The translations under genes were made by a program, and so were the position numbers. This document shows, piece by piece, positions 24,930 through 37,295 of a stretch of 64,000 nt of DNA. Under the pieces are notes generated by a model. It made no database searches, was not told the origin of the DNA, and worked only from the letters and a program-made list of their open reading frames with translations. The first letter of the stretch is position 1, and each line of letters begins with the position of its first letter. Source of the DNA: Antedon mediterranea (taxonomy: Eukaryota > Animalia > Echinodermata); the NCBI RefSeq assembly GCF_964355755.1, contig NC_092673.1, forward strand, positions 32,361,648-32,425,647, in the 5' to 3' direction.

Positions 24930-27900
24930 ATGATGGGCAAGCAGCACAGTAATTTGATTACAATGCTGCAATTTCTTCTGCTAGCTGGGTTTGTAAATGC
25001 CGACTTTATTTCTACTACTGGTGAGTAATCAACAATGTAAACAATATCACAGCAACAACAAATTTCTTTTTACAAATATATTTTTACAATATATTATATT
25101 TTTTCATCCAATGAAAAAAATAAAATAAAAATAACATCATGTACAGTAACAAAATTGAATATTCTATTATTAATTTAATTTACAGATATATAATGAAAAT
25201 CAGTTTCAATTTGTTACTTTAGCTACAGTACTGTACATGTTAGAATTAATCAACAGACAAAAATAATATTATTTTTACCATTAATTATTCTTTTTTAAAA
25301 TGATTTATTATATCAGTTTTTACTTTGTCATAGATTGTGGTGGAAAATTGACCAGCTCGAAAGGTGTCTTTATATCACCAAATTATGCTGCGGGTGGGCC
25401 TTACGATTCCAACACTGAATGTACGTGGTTTGCAACCATACCAGACGGAATGTTTCTAGTCTTTGATGAGTTTTATCTAGATGGTTCTGGTGATAAAATC
25501 GTTGTTGAGGATGAGGATGGCATCATTGGTACATACTTGGGAATCCAACGTAAGTTGTTCAAAATTATTGGTAAGATCACTGATGCAGAGGGTCTATTTG
25601 GGATTGGATTTTTTGTTTTGATCCAAGCATAGCATAATGCAATAAGCTTGAACCCCACACTCATGGTAATGATGTCCAGATGTATTTATTGTATAGCTTG
25701 ATTTTTACATGTATCCTACAGTATTGAACCTAGAATTTGTAATATCTTTTTTCTTATACAGACAATTTTATCATCCAAACATTGTCTGGCAAACTTAATA
25801 TTACATTTACAAGTGGCAACGACTCAAGGTCTGGTCTTAGCAGAAAATTCAAAGGTGCTGTCCAGGAAGGTGAGGGCTACAAATATTTTAATAGTAATAT
25901 TTTATTATATTACATAGCCTATGTAAATACGCTAACGTGATTGGTTGAAACTGCATCACATGACTACCGCTGCGAGGATCGTAAATCGTATATACCCTCG
26001 AGAACGATGATATTGACTGTGTAATTTTCGCGTAATTATCGTGTCACCTGTCATTAAACATAGATTCTCAAGTACGATGATATTGACTGTTCGTGTGCCA
26101 ACACTCGCGTTGCCGATAAATAAACAAAAGTCATCAACTCGATCTTGAACTCGGGTGGAATTGTCACTCCATCGCAAGACAACGCTTCAACCGCTGCGCC
26201 ACGGAAGTTGCTTGAAGAAATTAATCATCTAAACTATTTAAACTATGCATACATAGCGCCCTCATTTGTTATAAGTCCACCCTAAATGTGATGTAACACC
26301 GTTTGTGATTGGTCAATACTCACGGTAGTAACGTAGTAACTAGTACGCGCTGAACATCCGGTGATTCGGCTCCTCGAAGATCGAGAAGAAGACGAATTGT
26401 TTATTCGGCCTACCTGATTATATTATTATTTTTAATAGGCTTATTGATGGAAATTCTTCTGTTAATTTAAACGACCTAGGCCTAAGTGAATATTTTATTG
26501 CCAAGGAATCATTAATTAGTAATTATCTGTATATTATTCTTCGCAAGGTAAGGTGTCTAGGCAGGCTTGTTTAAATACAATACAAATACTATAGGAGGCC
26601 TAGCCTAGCTTCACCCAACCCAGCAGACTTGTTCTTGGCTATATAATATAACAGATATTGCCTTTTATATCGGTTAATTATAAGATTTGACATCCCCGAG
26701 GGAATGATATTAAGTTCGAGGGAATATATATTTCATGAAGCGCCAGCTGAGGGAAATATATATTCCCCGAGAACTTAATATCATTGCCTCGGGGATGTCA
26801 AATCTTATATTTAACCTCTAAGCAGTCAATATCTGTATAATATTATTATTGTACAATTAATCATAAAATCTAGAAATATAGGAGTTTATAAAATTACTAT
26901 TATTAATGGATAGGACAAGATTTTTAACGTTATTGTCTGTTTTTAAGAGGAACCTAAAATTAAATGCAGAAGACAATGGTGTTGTAAAACTATGCTAAAA
27001 AAAAAATACCAATTTTTGAGAGAGGGTTAATTTTGTCTGAGACTAGACGTAGAAATCGGATACTCGGATGGTATATTAGATTAGCCTGATATACAGTAAA
27101 AATGATGCAATCTATATGTGGTAGTTACTGTATTATTAAATTGAATAAGTATACAGTATATTATAAACTGGCCCTTTTGTGTCGATTTGACAAAAAATCG
27201 ACACTTAATTGAAATTTTATATTAGTAACTGTGCAGTTTTATCTTCATAGATTGTAACCTTCCACTTTCAACCCAATTCACTGTATAATGTAGGCCTATA
27301 TATCACCTTCAATTTTAATCTTGACAGAATGCAAGACTATCTTTTCTCTTGATACACCATTTGGATACATATCAACACCAATATTGAAAAATCAAAATGA
27401 AAGTCAGTCATTTGTTTGTACTTGGTTAGTATCAAGTCCACTTAAACTGGGCAGCATATTGTCATTTGACAATGCAAACTTCACAGATACAGCTGCTACA
27501 GTAATGGTATATGAAGGCATCAGTGAAGGAGGATTGTTACTAGCAAAATTCTCAGGTATTGCTAAATCTTCTTTAAACTCTGTCTACACTATCAAACTAG
27601 TTTGACAAAAAAAAGTGTGATGTGCCCAAATACAACAGTGATATGCCAACATATGGGAGTGATATGACATCATCGTGTCCATATATGGGCACATCACATT
27701 TTTTTTGTCACATAAAGTTTGATAGTGTAAACAAGGCTTTACATGATTAGTCACAACAAACTCTTCTGATTTCAACCATGGCCATCAAGGCAATCAACTT
27801 CAAACTAACATTGTTTAATTCAAATTACCATAATCATAATAATAATGTTGTTTTGTATAGCGCCATTCCAATGATCATTGCTCTAGGTGCTGTGGACTTA

Positions 27901-30900
27901 GATGTTACACTTTTCAACTTCATGTATCTCTCACATCACGTCTGCTACCAATTCAGCCTCATCTTCATTTCTACCAATGATAGCCACTAATTTCTGTAAA
28001 ACATTCCTCAATAAATAAAAAATGTTATAGTAAAATTATAGATACAAACACAATTATCTTTTTACTATTATTAACAAAAATCCATCAAATCAGCAGCTGG
28101 TATAAACTAATTAAAAAATTATATTATTAACTTATTATAGAAAATTGAGATTTACATTCTTTTTGCTCAATTAACAATTTGTCAAAACAATTTATAGTAA
28201 CTACTGTATGTCTATTTTTAGAATCCAATCCAGTGCATGCAGTTGTCACAAACACCAATCAGATGTTGATTGAGTTGACTTATCATGTTGCATCACCACC
28301 CGTAATAACGGGTCTGTTTAGAACCACTACAGGAGGTAAATTTATCATAATAAATAATATTCTACATAGTAGTTCTTTTTTTGCTTATATTGTTTGCCTG
28401 GAGTTGGAGAGACAAGTCCTTTGGTGATAGTTGTCTTTGACAGCTCTTGTCTCTCCTCAGTGCTCCCTTTGGCGATAGTTGTCTTTGACAGCTCTTGTCT
28501 CTCCTCAGTGCTCCCTTTGGCGATAGTTGTCATTGACAGCTCTTGTCTCTCCTCAGTGCTCCCTTTGGCGATAGTTGTCTTTGACAGCTCTTGTCTCTCC
28601 TCAGTGCTCCCTTTGGCGATAGTTGTCTTTGACAGCTCTTGTCTCTCCTCAGTGCTCCTTTTTTATGTTTCACTGAAAAGAATAAATAAAGAAATAAATA
28701 ACCAGTGTGTGACATTATGACCATTATGTAATGTTTCTATGTCTGTTGTGCATCTACTGGATGGAGGAGAGTAAACACAATAGGCATATTTACTTGCTTG
28801 TTTTGAGCAGACAGCAGATGTACCTTCTCACTGCTGTTTATTATCTAAGTAGTACCGTTACAGTAAATCGCTGCAAAATATGTGCAAGTGACCCACTGAA
28901 ATTTAGCTGTTATGTGTTGTGTGTAAAACAAACCACGGAAGAGGGAAATTTCACTCTTCCCAGAACAAACAAACCATTAGAATATTGTATGCCTTATACT
29001 GTTAATGTACTGTAAGAGTAGTCTATAAAGAGTATAAAATGCAATATCACAGAATGGGGAACAATAGAGTTACTTTTATAAACAATGCCGTTGTAAAAAA
29101 AAATACTGTATTCCATACAATTTAATAATAATTTAATATTAATATTTTGCAATAGAGTGCACTAAAGTTGTTAAGCTGACAACCAATGGAGAGCCAACTA
29201 CCATTTCATCGATTGGATATCCTAAACAGTATCTCAACGACCTCAACTGCTGGTGGCTTGTAGAAGCTGATGACAACTGCATGCTGGTTGTACAAGTGAA
29301 AGATGTCAACTTATCTGACGATGAGGACAGCTTAGTTTTTTATTCAGCTGCAAGTCGTAGCTCTGAGTATCTTGCAGAACTAAGTGGTCTCTCATTAGGT
29401 GAGTGGAACAGTTGTATAATGTAGTCCATGAATTAAGGGGACACTTTTTGGGACCTACCCTAATATGAGTATGCCCTAAATGGGGTTTGCCGTAGTGTTA
29501 CAATTAAGACTTACTGAACTGCTCTTCTTCCTTTCATGGGAAAGTTTTCCCTTAATAGAAATGTTCTTTGAATATATGTAGGATGTGTGGTTAAGGCCAA
29601 TTTACGATAACAATTGACATTAAATAGATAAATATGCATTTTCACATGTCCAATCAAATGACTGATTGATATGTCATGACAATATAACTATTTTATTGTT
29701 TTTATTAATCATAACGTCATTTTGATTGGGTTTTAAAACACATTATATATTTCATCAAAGACAGTATAAATGATTATCCTATAGTTCTAGAACGAAAAAT
29801 GTCCTAATTTCTTTTGTTTTATGTAAGAAAAATGCATGCTTATCTATTTATCATCGATCGTTTTCGTTCCAGTGTAAAAGGGCCTTTAAAATATAAACAG
29901 CCCTTTTGTTCCTTTTATGGTAAATTTTTCCCTTAATATGGATATCCAAAAGTAGGCCTTAAATCTACTGAAGCTCATTCATATGGAGTTTGATGTTAAA
30001 GCTGAGTTTTTAATATTCATTTTGTAAACTTTCAGTTTTGTTAAACTGTGTTTATCTTTCTAACAGAGCTCCCAGTGCTTGTAACCGATAGCAACATGAT
30101 GCTTGTCAGCTTTACCTCTAGTGACATGGGAATTACTGGAGGTTTTTCCTTTGACATATTTGCACAAGGTATGACTTGCATAAAAACCTCTAGCAGATTT
30201 ATTATAAATGAAAATTGCTATTGCAGGACATTTCACACCTGTTCTGGTACGGTTCCGGTCCAGCGCCGGCAAACATCGAACGCTAATGTTTCCTTTTAAC
30301 AACGCTCCATGTGCCAATCGATATGCATGTACAGTATCTGCGTCCTATTTGATTTGTCATTGATGGACCGGAACCGGAACTATTCTGATAATTCACTAGT
30401 GATGAGCGCAAATTTATGTACTGTACAAAATTAAAAGAAAAATTTTTAGTTTTAGTTTAACATTCATAAAGTACCACACATTACAATAATTTCCATTTAA
30501 TACAATTGTTTTAGATATTGGTGGTGTAATTAGACCAAGTGAATCAGAAGTCATGTAAGTATGAACAAACCAATTCTTTTAGCTTCTAAAACCTTAAAAA
30601 CTACAATTAATAGTAATAACAATCAGTGTAAAAACTCAATTTTCTTTACAAAGTTAACAAAAATTGCGAAACAATAAAAAACAAAAATAAACCAATATAC
30701 TTCATTTGTGTAATTTAGATTGTCATGATGTGCACTAATAAAAAAAATATTTTTATGCAGAGTTATGAATTATGAATTTCTCAACTTAATTTCTTTTCTT
30801 TCAATTGTCATCAGTATTTCTTCTTTCAGAATGCAACTTAAAGCTCTGTCTACACTATCAAACTAATGTGATATGCTCAAATATGGTAGTGATATGAAAT

Positions 30901-33900
30901 CATCGTGTCCATATATAGGCACATCACATTGTTTTGTCACATAAAGTTTGATAGTGTAGACAGAAAGAGTTTAAGAAGAATTAAAAATGTTTTGTAGTAT
31001 AATGTACGTCAGTAATTGTATGCAATTTGTTAAAATGTAAATTATTTGTCTTTTTCAATATTAGAAACATCACTCTGCAGGAAAACAATCGTATTTTCCA
31101 TCTAGTCCAGACAGACGGCCTCCTTCAACCAGTTGTTACACAACTACCACAAGGCAATTATCCCAACAATGGAAATATTTCTGTCAAGTTCTACCAAGAC
31201 TCGACAACAACCAACGATCCGTTGGTTAGCCAAACACCAGAAGATGGTATCGTGCCCGTGATATTTTCCAATACGCGAACGATGTTGATAATAGCAACTG
31301 GATTTGATGAACTAGTGAATGGGAGTTTGACAATGCAGGTTACTGCAGTAAAGTCCGGTAAGTATCAGAAATTTAGTCTGGAATAACATTTATGTAATTC
31401 TGCCTCAGTTTTAGAGCAATTTTTGTAAAAGGTAGCACTGCTTGGTGTTTAACGTTCATGCTTACCAATCTCAAGGTTCTTGGTTCAATTCACCTGACAC
31501 TCATTTATCATGAGAACAAAACATTTGGGTATTTCATGTTTACTATATTGTGGATTTAGGGAATGATTTTTGTTTTTTTTAGGAACACACCTTTATTCTA
31601 GGAATGTAATGGGAGCCAGCTTCAGTGGAGATGCTAAAGAGAATTACTGGATTGTAAATCCAAAAACTACTCAAGTTAAAGGTAAAGTATTACTAACCAT
31701 TTTTGTGATATTTAGTTTACTGTTGTTTATTATCTACTCAAATTAAGTGTAAAAGTATCACTATTAAATCCTATTTAATGTAGAGTACTGTATTCTATCT
31801 CGATTGTGAATTATTATGTAAATTATTATGTTGAATAAAGTATTTTTATGCTAATGACTAAATTCACTATTACTACCACCATTTGAATAATTGCATTAAA
31901 AAAGTCGTTTAATAGTACTGGGAAAAAACACACTTGTTTTCAATTTTTTGAAATTTTCCTATTGTAGTACACTGTATAAATAATACTTAATCAATTGGAA
32001 AAATACCAGTAATTTTTATAAAATCCATATAAATGTTATATATAAGTACAAGGTAATTTTCCAATTAAGAATTTATTACATTTTTTCAGACTCAACTTCA
32101 ATGATTGAGCTAACTTTTCAAGATCTCCCAGTCTCTGGCGTACCTCAAGTCACTATTGGTCAAGGACTTTCTACCAATACATCCCATAATATCGCATCTT
32201 TTTCTGGAAGCACGAAAGAACTGTCTCTTCACATTCCTCTTGCTGATCCTGTTCTGATTAAATTTGAGTCAGATGAACCACTTCCATTCTTTGCTAGCTA
32301 TCATATAATTGACAGTAAGTAGAATTCGTGATGATGTTGTAATTTGTAGTATAATTACTTTCTAATTTTAATGCATATGATTTTTGTATAAATTGGTTTT
32401 ATTATTATTAATCTACTATTATGCTGTTAAACCTTTTGGAAAATTTAATTTACATTTTTAGTCGCGTGGAAGCGACTCTATAGTTCACTATGTCGGTCGG
32501 TCGGTCTGTCTGTCGGTCTGTCTGTCTGTCGGTCCGGTATCACTATGCGTTTTATCGCTTTCTGACCTTATCTTGATATCAGTTTAATCTAGCTAGGTCA
32601 ATTTTTCACAGTATATTCCTTATGGCCAGGAATCAATGTGGTTATGTTTTCACGGTGCGCAATAAAAAATTACGCGGTCTACGCACGATTTAACGAAATC
32701 ACATTTGTAATCATATCTTCACAACCATGAATCACAATTAAATAAAATTTGGTACTCATAAATTTCAGGGCACAATTACGTGCGTAGCGCATGTAACGCA
32801 TGCGTACGCGCGCTTAACATTTTCAAAATTTATTTTCGATGAAATAAGAGTACATTTCAGGCAATTTTAAGCGTTTACAAAATTGCCAGATTTCTGTTTT
32901 CTTGACTTACTTTTCAACTCGAAATTACGTTATACGAGCACGTCGAAAGTGACAGGCTACGCACGTGTAAATTTAAAAAAAATAAATGTTTTTAAACATT
33001 TTCAACATTTTTAAACATGTTCAGTAATTTCGGTCAGTATAGTTCACTATGTCGGTCGGTCGGTCTCTCTGTCTGTCTGTCGGTCTGTCGGTCTGTCTGT
33101 CGGTCTGTCTGTCGGTCCGGTATCACTATGCATTGTAGCACGCGACTTAATGGCTGTTGGCCTTGTTATATATAGTATGCAAATTTTTCATTTTATGTGT
33201 AAATTCTTTGCTGTAAAAACCAAGTTATATTGTAGTCATTCCGGATATTTCTATTGTATTATTAAGCATACATAAATTAAAATGGAGTTATGGTATTACA
33301 TGTTATTGTTTTGTAGACTTTTGGTTATTGTTTTAACTTGCCACCAGCAGCTGTTTAAATGTTGTTTCCATAAATTTCCATAAATTCTTAAGTGGAAATG
33401 ATTTACACAAAAATGAATATTAACAAAAAAAGATTATGAATAGGCCATTTCACAGAGTAACATTTTTAACAATATTTCTTTCAGGAGGCAATATATCTTT
33501 AATGATTAACTTGCTATTTTTGGCATAAATTATTGTACTTTTGTACATCCCCCACCTTCTTGTGGTGCAATATGTAGAAAAGAGGTTGTAAATCAAATTT
33601 ATCTTCTAATATTCATTGTGTGCTTCTTTGTTTCTTTTTGCTTAAACAGGCTGTAGTGAGATGGTAGATTCCAGCATGGGATATGGCTCTATTACATCAC
33701 TGCATTTCCCAAGTGCCTACCCATTGAATTCAGTCTGTGACCAAACCCTCAAAGCAAAAAGCGCCAACCAGAAGACGTACTTGACCTTTGACATCTTAAA
33801 GTTAGCTCAGAGTCATTCAGTTCAAATCACAGAAGTGGCAAAAGGCGGTTTTAATGCAATGTATAAGGCGGGAGATTTACCCAATGATATTGTCCTAAGC

Positions 33901-35589
33901 ACCTCCAACTTCAAAGTTACTTTGAACAGTGAGATGAAGATGCCCATAACAAATGCTGCGACAGACCAAGGCTACAAAATTGACTTTACTGTCCTTGGTA
34001 AGTTTTACACATTTAGTTTTTTCATATTGAGTAAAGAAGTTAAACATTAATAAAGATGTAAAAACGAAACATACTAAATCAAAATTTATTTTAGATTGTG
34101 GTGGAAACTTGACTGCAACAAAAGGCAAGATGTCCTCTCCAGGTTTTCCAAAGAAGGCCAGTGCTTCGGTTACTTGTGTATGGATAGTGACTGTTCCTTT
34201 AAAGGTCAAAGGTTCCAAAGCACTTCCTAGCACAGCAGTGTTGCAGGTCAATGGAACTCAACTTAAAGGTCAAACGAAAAGGTGTGTTGATGAATTCAGA
34301 AAAGTAATACCATGGCTCAAAGGCCTGTATTCAACAGTCAAATATTTCCCAGCTTAAATAATAATGACTTAGTATTTAAGCTGGGCAGCATTCACTAAAT
34401 AGAAGGAATTTGATTTCCCTTAGCATAATAAGTTTAATTGGTGAATACCACCACTAGGGCCCCTATTTGAAAATCCTGGATCTGTCACTGCGGCCACTTA
34501 TAATGAGCTATATAAAAATAATTTTTAAAAATATATTTATAATATTAATTAAAATAGTCGTATTTACTTAAGTTTTTTTTAATGAATGCTCTTAAAAATC
34601 TTTAGCAACTATATTGAGATATATGATGGGCCAAGTGTGCGTTCAGCGCTGGTAAACACCTCCACAATGACTTCGGAGAAAGCAACATTTGAAAGCAGAG
34701 GTCAAAGTATCATTGTTAAGTACGTCAATGGGAAAGGTCAAACAGGCTTTCCATTTGAGATTTCGTACTCAACTCATGGTACGTGTTTGAACCTTTTAAT
34801 TCAATTTTTTAGATTTTCACCTAAATTATTTTGTTAACAGAAAAGGTCTCCACAAATTAATTAAGTCTAATTTAAGTACACTTTTTTCTTTTATTCATAT
34901 TATCCCATGTTTTGATTTTCATGTGGCATCTATATTTAGTATATGTTTGTTTTGTCTTGGCTACCCTCCTCAAGCTTTGATTTTTGAGTTTGCAAACAAT
35001 TTCATGAGTTACAGTAGGCCTCTTATACTAGAATTTTTACTGCTGGTTTTGTTTGAAGGGCACTGGAAAAAAAGAGGTTCTATCGACCCTACAAACTCCC
35101 CAGGCTACGGGCTTGTACAACATACTGAACATCAACTATTTTTCCTTATTAGATTGCACTGCTGATGAAGTCTGCCACAATGGGATCTGCCTGCATGAAG
35201 ATTGGAGATGCGATGGTATAGATCAGTGTGGAGATAGCACTGATGAACAGAACTGTGATACAGGGCTAGGTTGGTAGTGACTGTTTAAAGGGACTTTTTA
35301 TTTGTTAATTTCATCAGTGAACTGCTATTTCAAATGAGGCAAAATTTAAAGAATAGACATTACTTCAGTATTTTTACCAAATAATTTCCAATTTATAGAA
35401 CAATCAAAAAATCAAATTTTATTTAAATTAATGTTTCTTTTTTTTCCAGTTACAAAGAAAACCCTTGGTTGGTCAATTTTTGGAGGTATGCTAGCAACAG
35501 TTGTCCTTATTGTTGTTATGACGATTGTGTACATAAAATACAAACAGAGAAAAAACAACTACGGACGTCTTGAAACAATAAATACTTAA
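24930..35589 (+). CDS. Type I membrane protein: signal peptide, ~7 CUB/CUB-like domains, LDL-receptor class A module, TM, short tail (16 coding exons, 907 aa)
   Basis: Exons 24930-25020, 25334-25549, 25762-25869, 27328-27555, 28222-28335, 29156-29398, 30067-30168, 30515-30554, 31065-31357, 31583-31681, 32090-32314, 33650-33997, 34095-34281, 34606-34778, 35153-35269, 35450-35589; 2724 nt in frame. CUB starts [17 protein letters not shown] and [18 protein letters not shown]; LDLa [28 protein letters not shown]; [24 protein letters not shown]; tail [17 protein letters not shown]. Confidence 0.88.
26641..26846. repeat. Long imperfect palindrome (~95-bp arms, ~17-nt loop), probably a foldback MITE
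   Basis: cagatattg..ataagatttgacatccccgagggaatgatattaagttc..gggaatatatatttc pairs with gaaatatatattccc..gaacttaatatcattgcctcggggatgtcaaatcttat..caatatctg. Confidence 0.85.
27575..27739. mobile_element. Harbinger/Tourist-like MITE copy
   Basis: ctctgtctacactatcaaact...agtttgatagtgtaaacaaggct with TAA/TTA flanks. Confidence 0.78.
28419..28660. repeat. 48-bp minisatellite x5 (intronic)
   Basis: Unit cgatagttgtctttgacagctcttgtctctcctcagtgctccctttgg, copies almost identical. Confidence 0.95.
30843..30972. mobile_element. Harbinger/Tourist-like MITE copy
   Basis: agctctgtctacactatcaaact...agtttgatagtgtagacaga. Confidence 0.78.
32455..33167 (+). mobile_element. DINE-1-like Helentron-associated element (HINE)
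   Basis: T-run then subTIR agtcgcgtg, short 5' IR (gcgact), (GTCG/GTCT)n microsatellite, 3' subTIR cacgcgact, GC hairpin ggc-tgttg-gcc, end ttgtt. The microsatellite block is duplicated at ~33039-33131. Confidence 0.8.
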
Positions 35590-35619
35590 GTCATTTCATT
35601 AAGACATGTTGATTTAAAC

Positions 35620-35945
35620 TATTTGCCAACAAGCTGAATGTAGTTAAGCTGCAACATTTAGTTAAATTTAGTTTTTAATTTTTGAAAAACCTTACTACAA
35701 TTTTAAGATTGTATAGGGTATTCTAAAGTCATTTATCCTCCATTCAAATCTTTAGTTTCTTTGATAAGACAATGTTGAATGTTTTAAATATTTGCCAACA
35801 AGCTGAATGTAGTTAAGCTGCAACATTTAGTTTTTAAGAAGTTAGTTTTAATTTTGTTTTTAAACTTTTACTACAATTTTAAGATTGTATAGGGTATCCT
35901 AAAAGTCATTCATCCTCCTTTCAAATTTCTTTGATAAGATAAAGT
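35620..35945 (+). repeat. ~169-bp tandem duplication in the presumed 3' UTR of the CUB gene
   Basis: atttgccaacaagctgaatgtagttaagctgcaacatttag at 35621 and 35790; downstream blocks are also duplicated. Confidence 0.88.
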
Positions 35946-37295
35946 TGTTACTCATTTTAAGTCAAGTCAAATAAATAGTCTTTCACATGCTGCTTTAGTT
36001 TATGAGACTGATCATTTTTTAGAGATATAGCATTGCTGTCGTATGTTTCTATTATTGTAAAAGCTTTAGTTTTATACACAGACTTGTTTTCCATAAAATA
36101 AACAGATAAATAGAGAGTACATTGGGTTAAGTGATGCACTTTTTTGAACAATTGTTTATTGTATTCGATACTTTTGTCTAGTAGTTTTTAGTTCTTTTAA
36201 TGTGTCTTGAATAGATAGTTTAGCAATTATTTAGTATTTTTATTTTCTAGTTTTAGGTCATTATTGTATCTTGAACACATGTGCATTCATACAAATTTTT
36301 GTAATTCCATTGTATTCCATATTGAATGATTTGAAATCTTTCATTGTTTTTTTGCAATAAATCCGCACAATTTGTGTCGACCAATAAAGAGGCAAGCTTA
36401 ATGGTGTTGACGACCAAAATGTTCATAAAAGTACTGTATGGTAATTATGCAATTATCTTGTCAATGTTTGTGCACAACGATGTGAAATTCATATAAAAAG
36501 TATTTGTGAAACTCAAATTTGCCTTTTGTTGATTATTGATTTTCTGTAGTAATTTGGATAAACACAAAACAAAGTGTAAGTATTTTTTTGCAAAGGGCAA
36601 GTAAGGCTTATCACTGGTTATAATTGACATGTGGTACATCTTAAAATTAATTTCCATCTAATGTGACACTAAATAATTTTCAACAAGCAAAAAGTGGGAA
36701 GGAGTACGAATTCAACCGCCTCCTCAACCGTAAATTCCTATATATGTACTAATCGATAATGGCAACACTAAAAGTATTTAAATATAATAATGTAGTATTT
36801 TTTGTTCTAGATTAATGGTGATATATTTTTGTAAATTGTGCTCTAATTTTGTAGAGAGAACAACCCCATTAGGTGTATCTGGTTAAATGATGTTGAACTT
36901 TGAACTACTGTATGTGGAACATGAAAACCATTCATAGAACTTGGAATGAAAAACAACAAAAAGATAAAGTATTAAGAAACTATTATTTTTACTGTATTTA
37001 CCAAATAAACATCTCCAACTATAATTTTGTATATACAGCACAGGTTCAAGAGATGGACAACAAACCTGTGACATATCCGAGTGTTGGACTTGCTTTCCAA
37101 ATTGGAATAAAAAAAAAACAACAAAAAGATATTTAAAGTAAGAAACTATTTTTACTGTATTTTGCACGTATAAAATTGTTTTTCATAAATAACTTTTCTT
37201 TATTCTTACTATTACTTTGAAATTCATTTTTTATACCTGATGTTCATTATTATTTCTATGCTACATTAATTACAGCTTGCAGAATACATGCCAGT

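Noticed and set aside
28394-28720. ORF with 16-aa repeats
   Set aside because: Produced by an intronic 48-bp minisatellite; the CUB exon chain is in frame without it.
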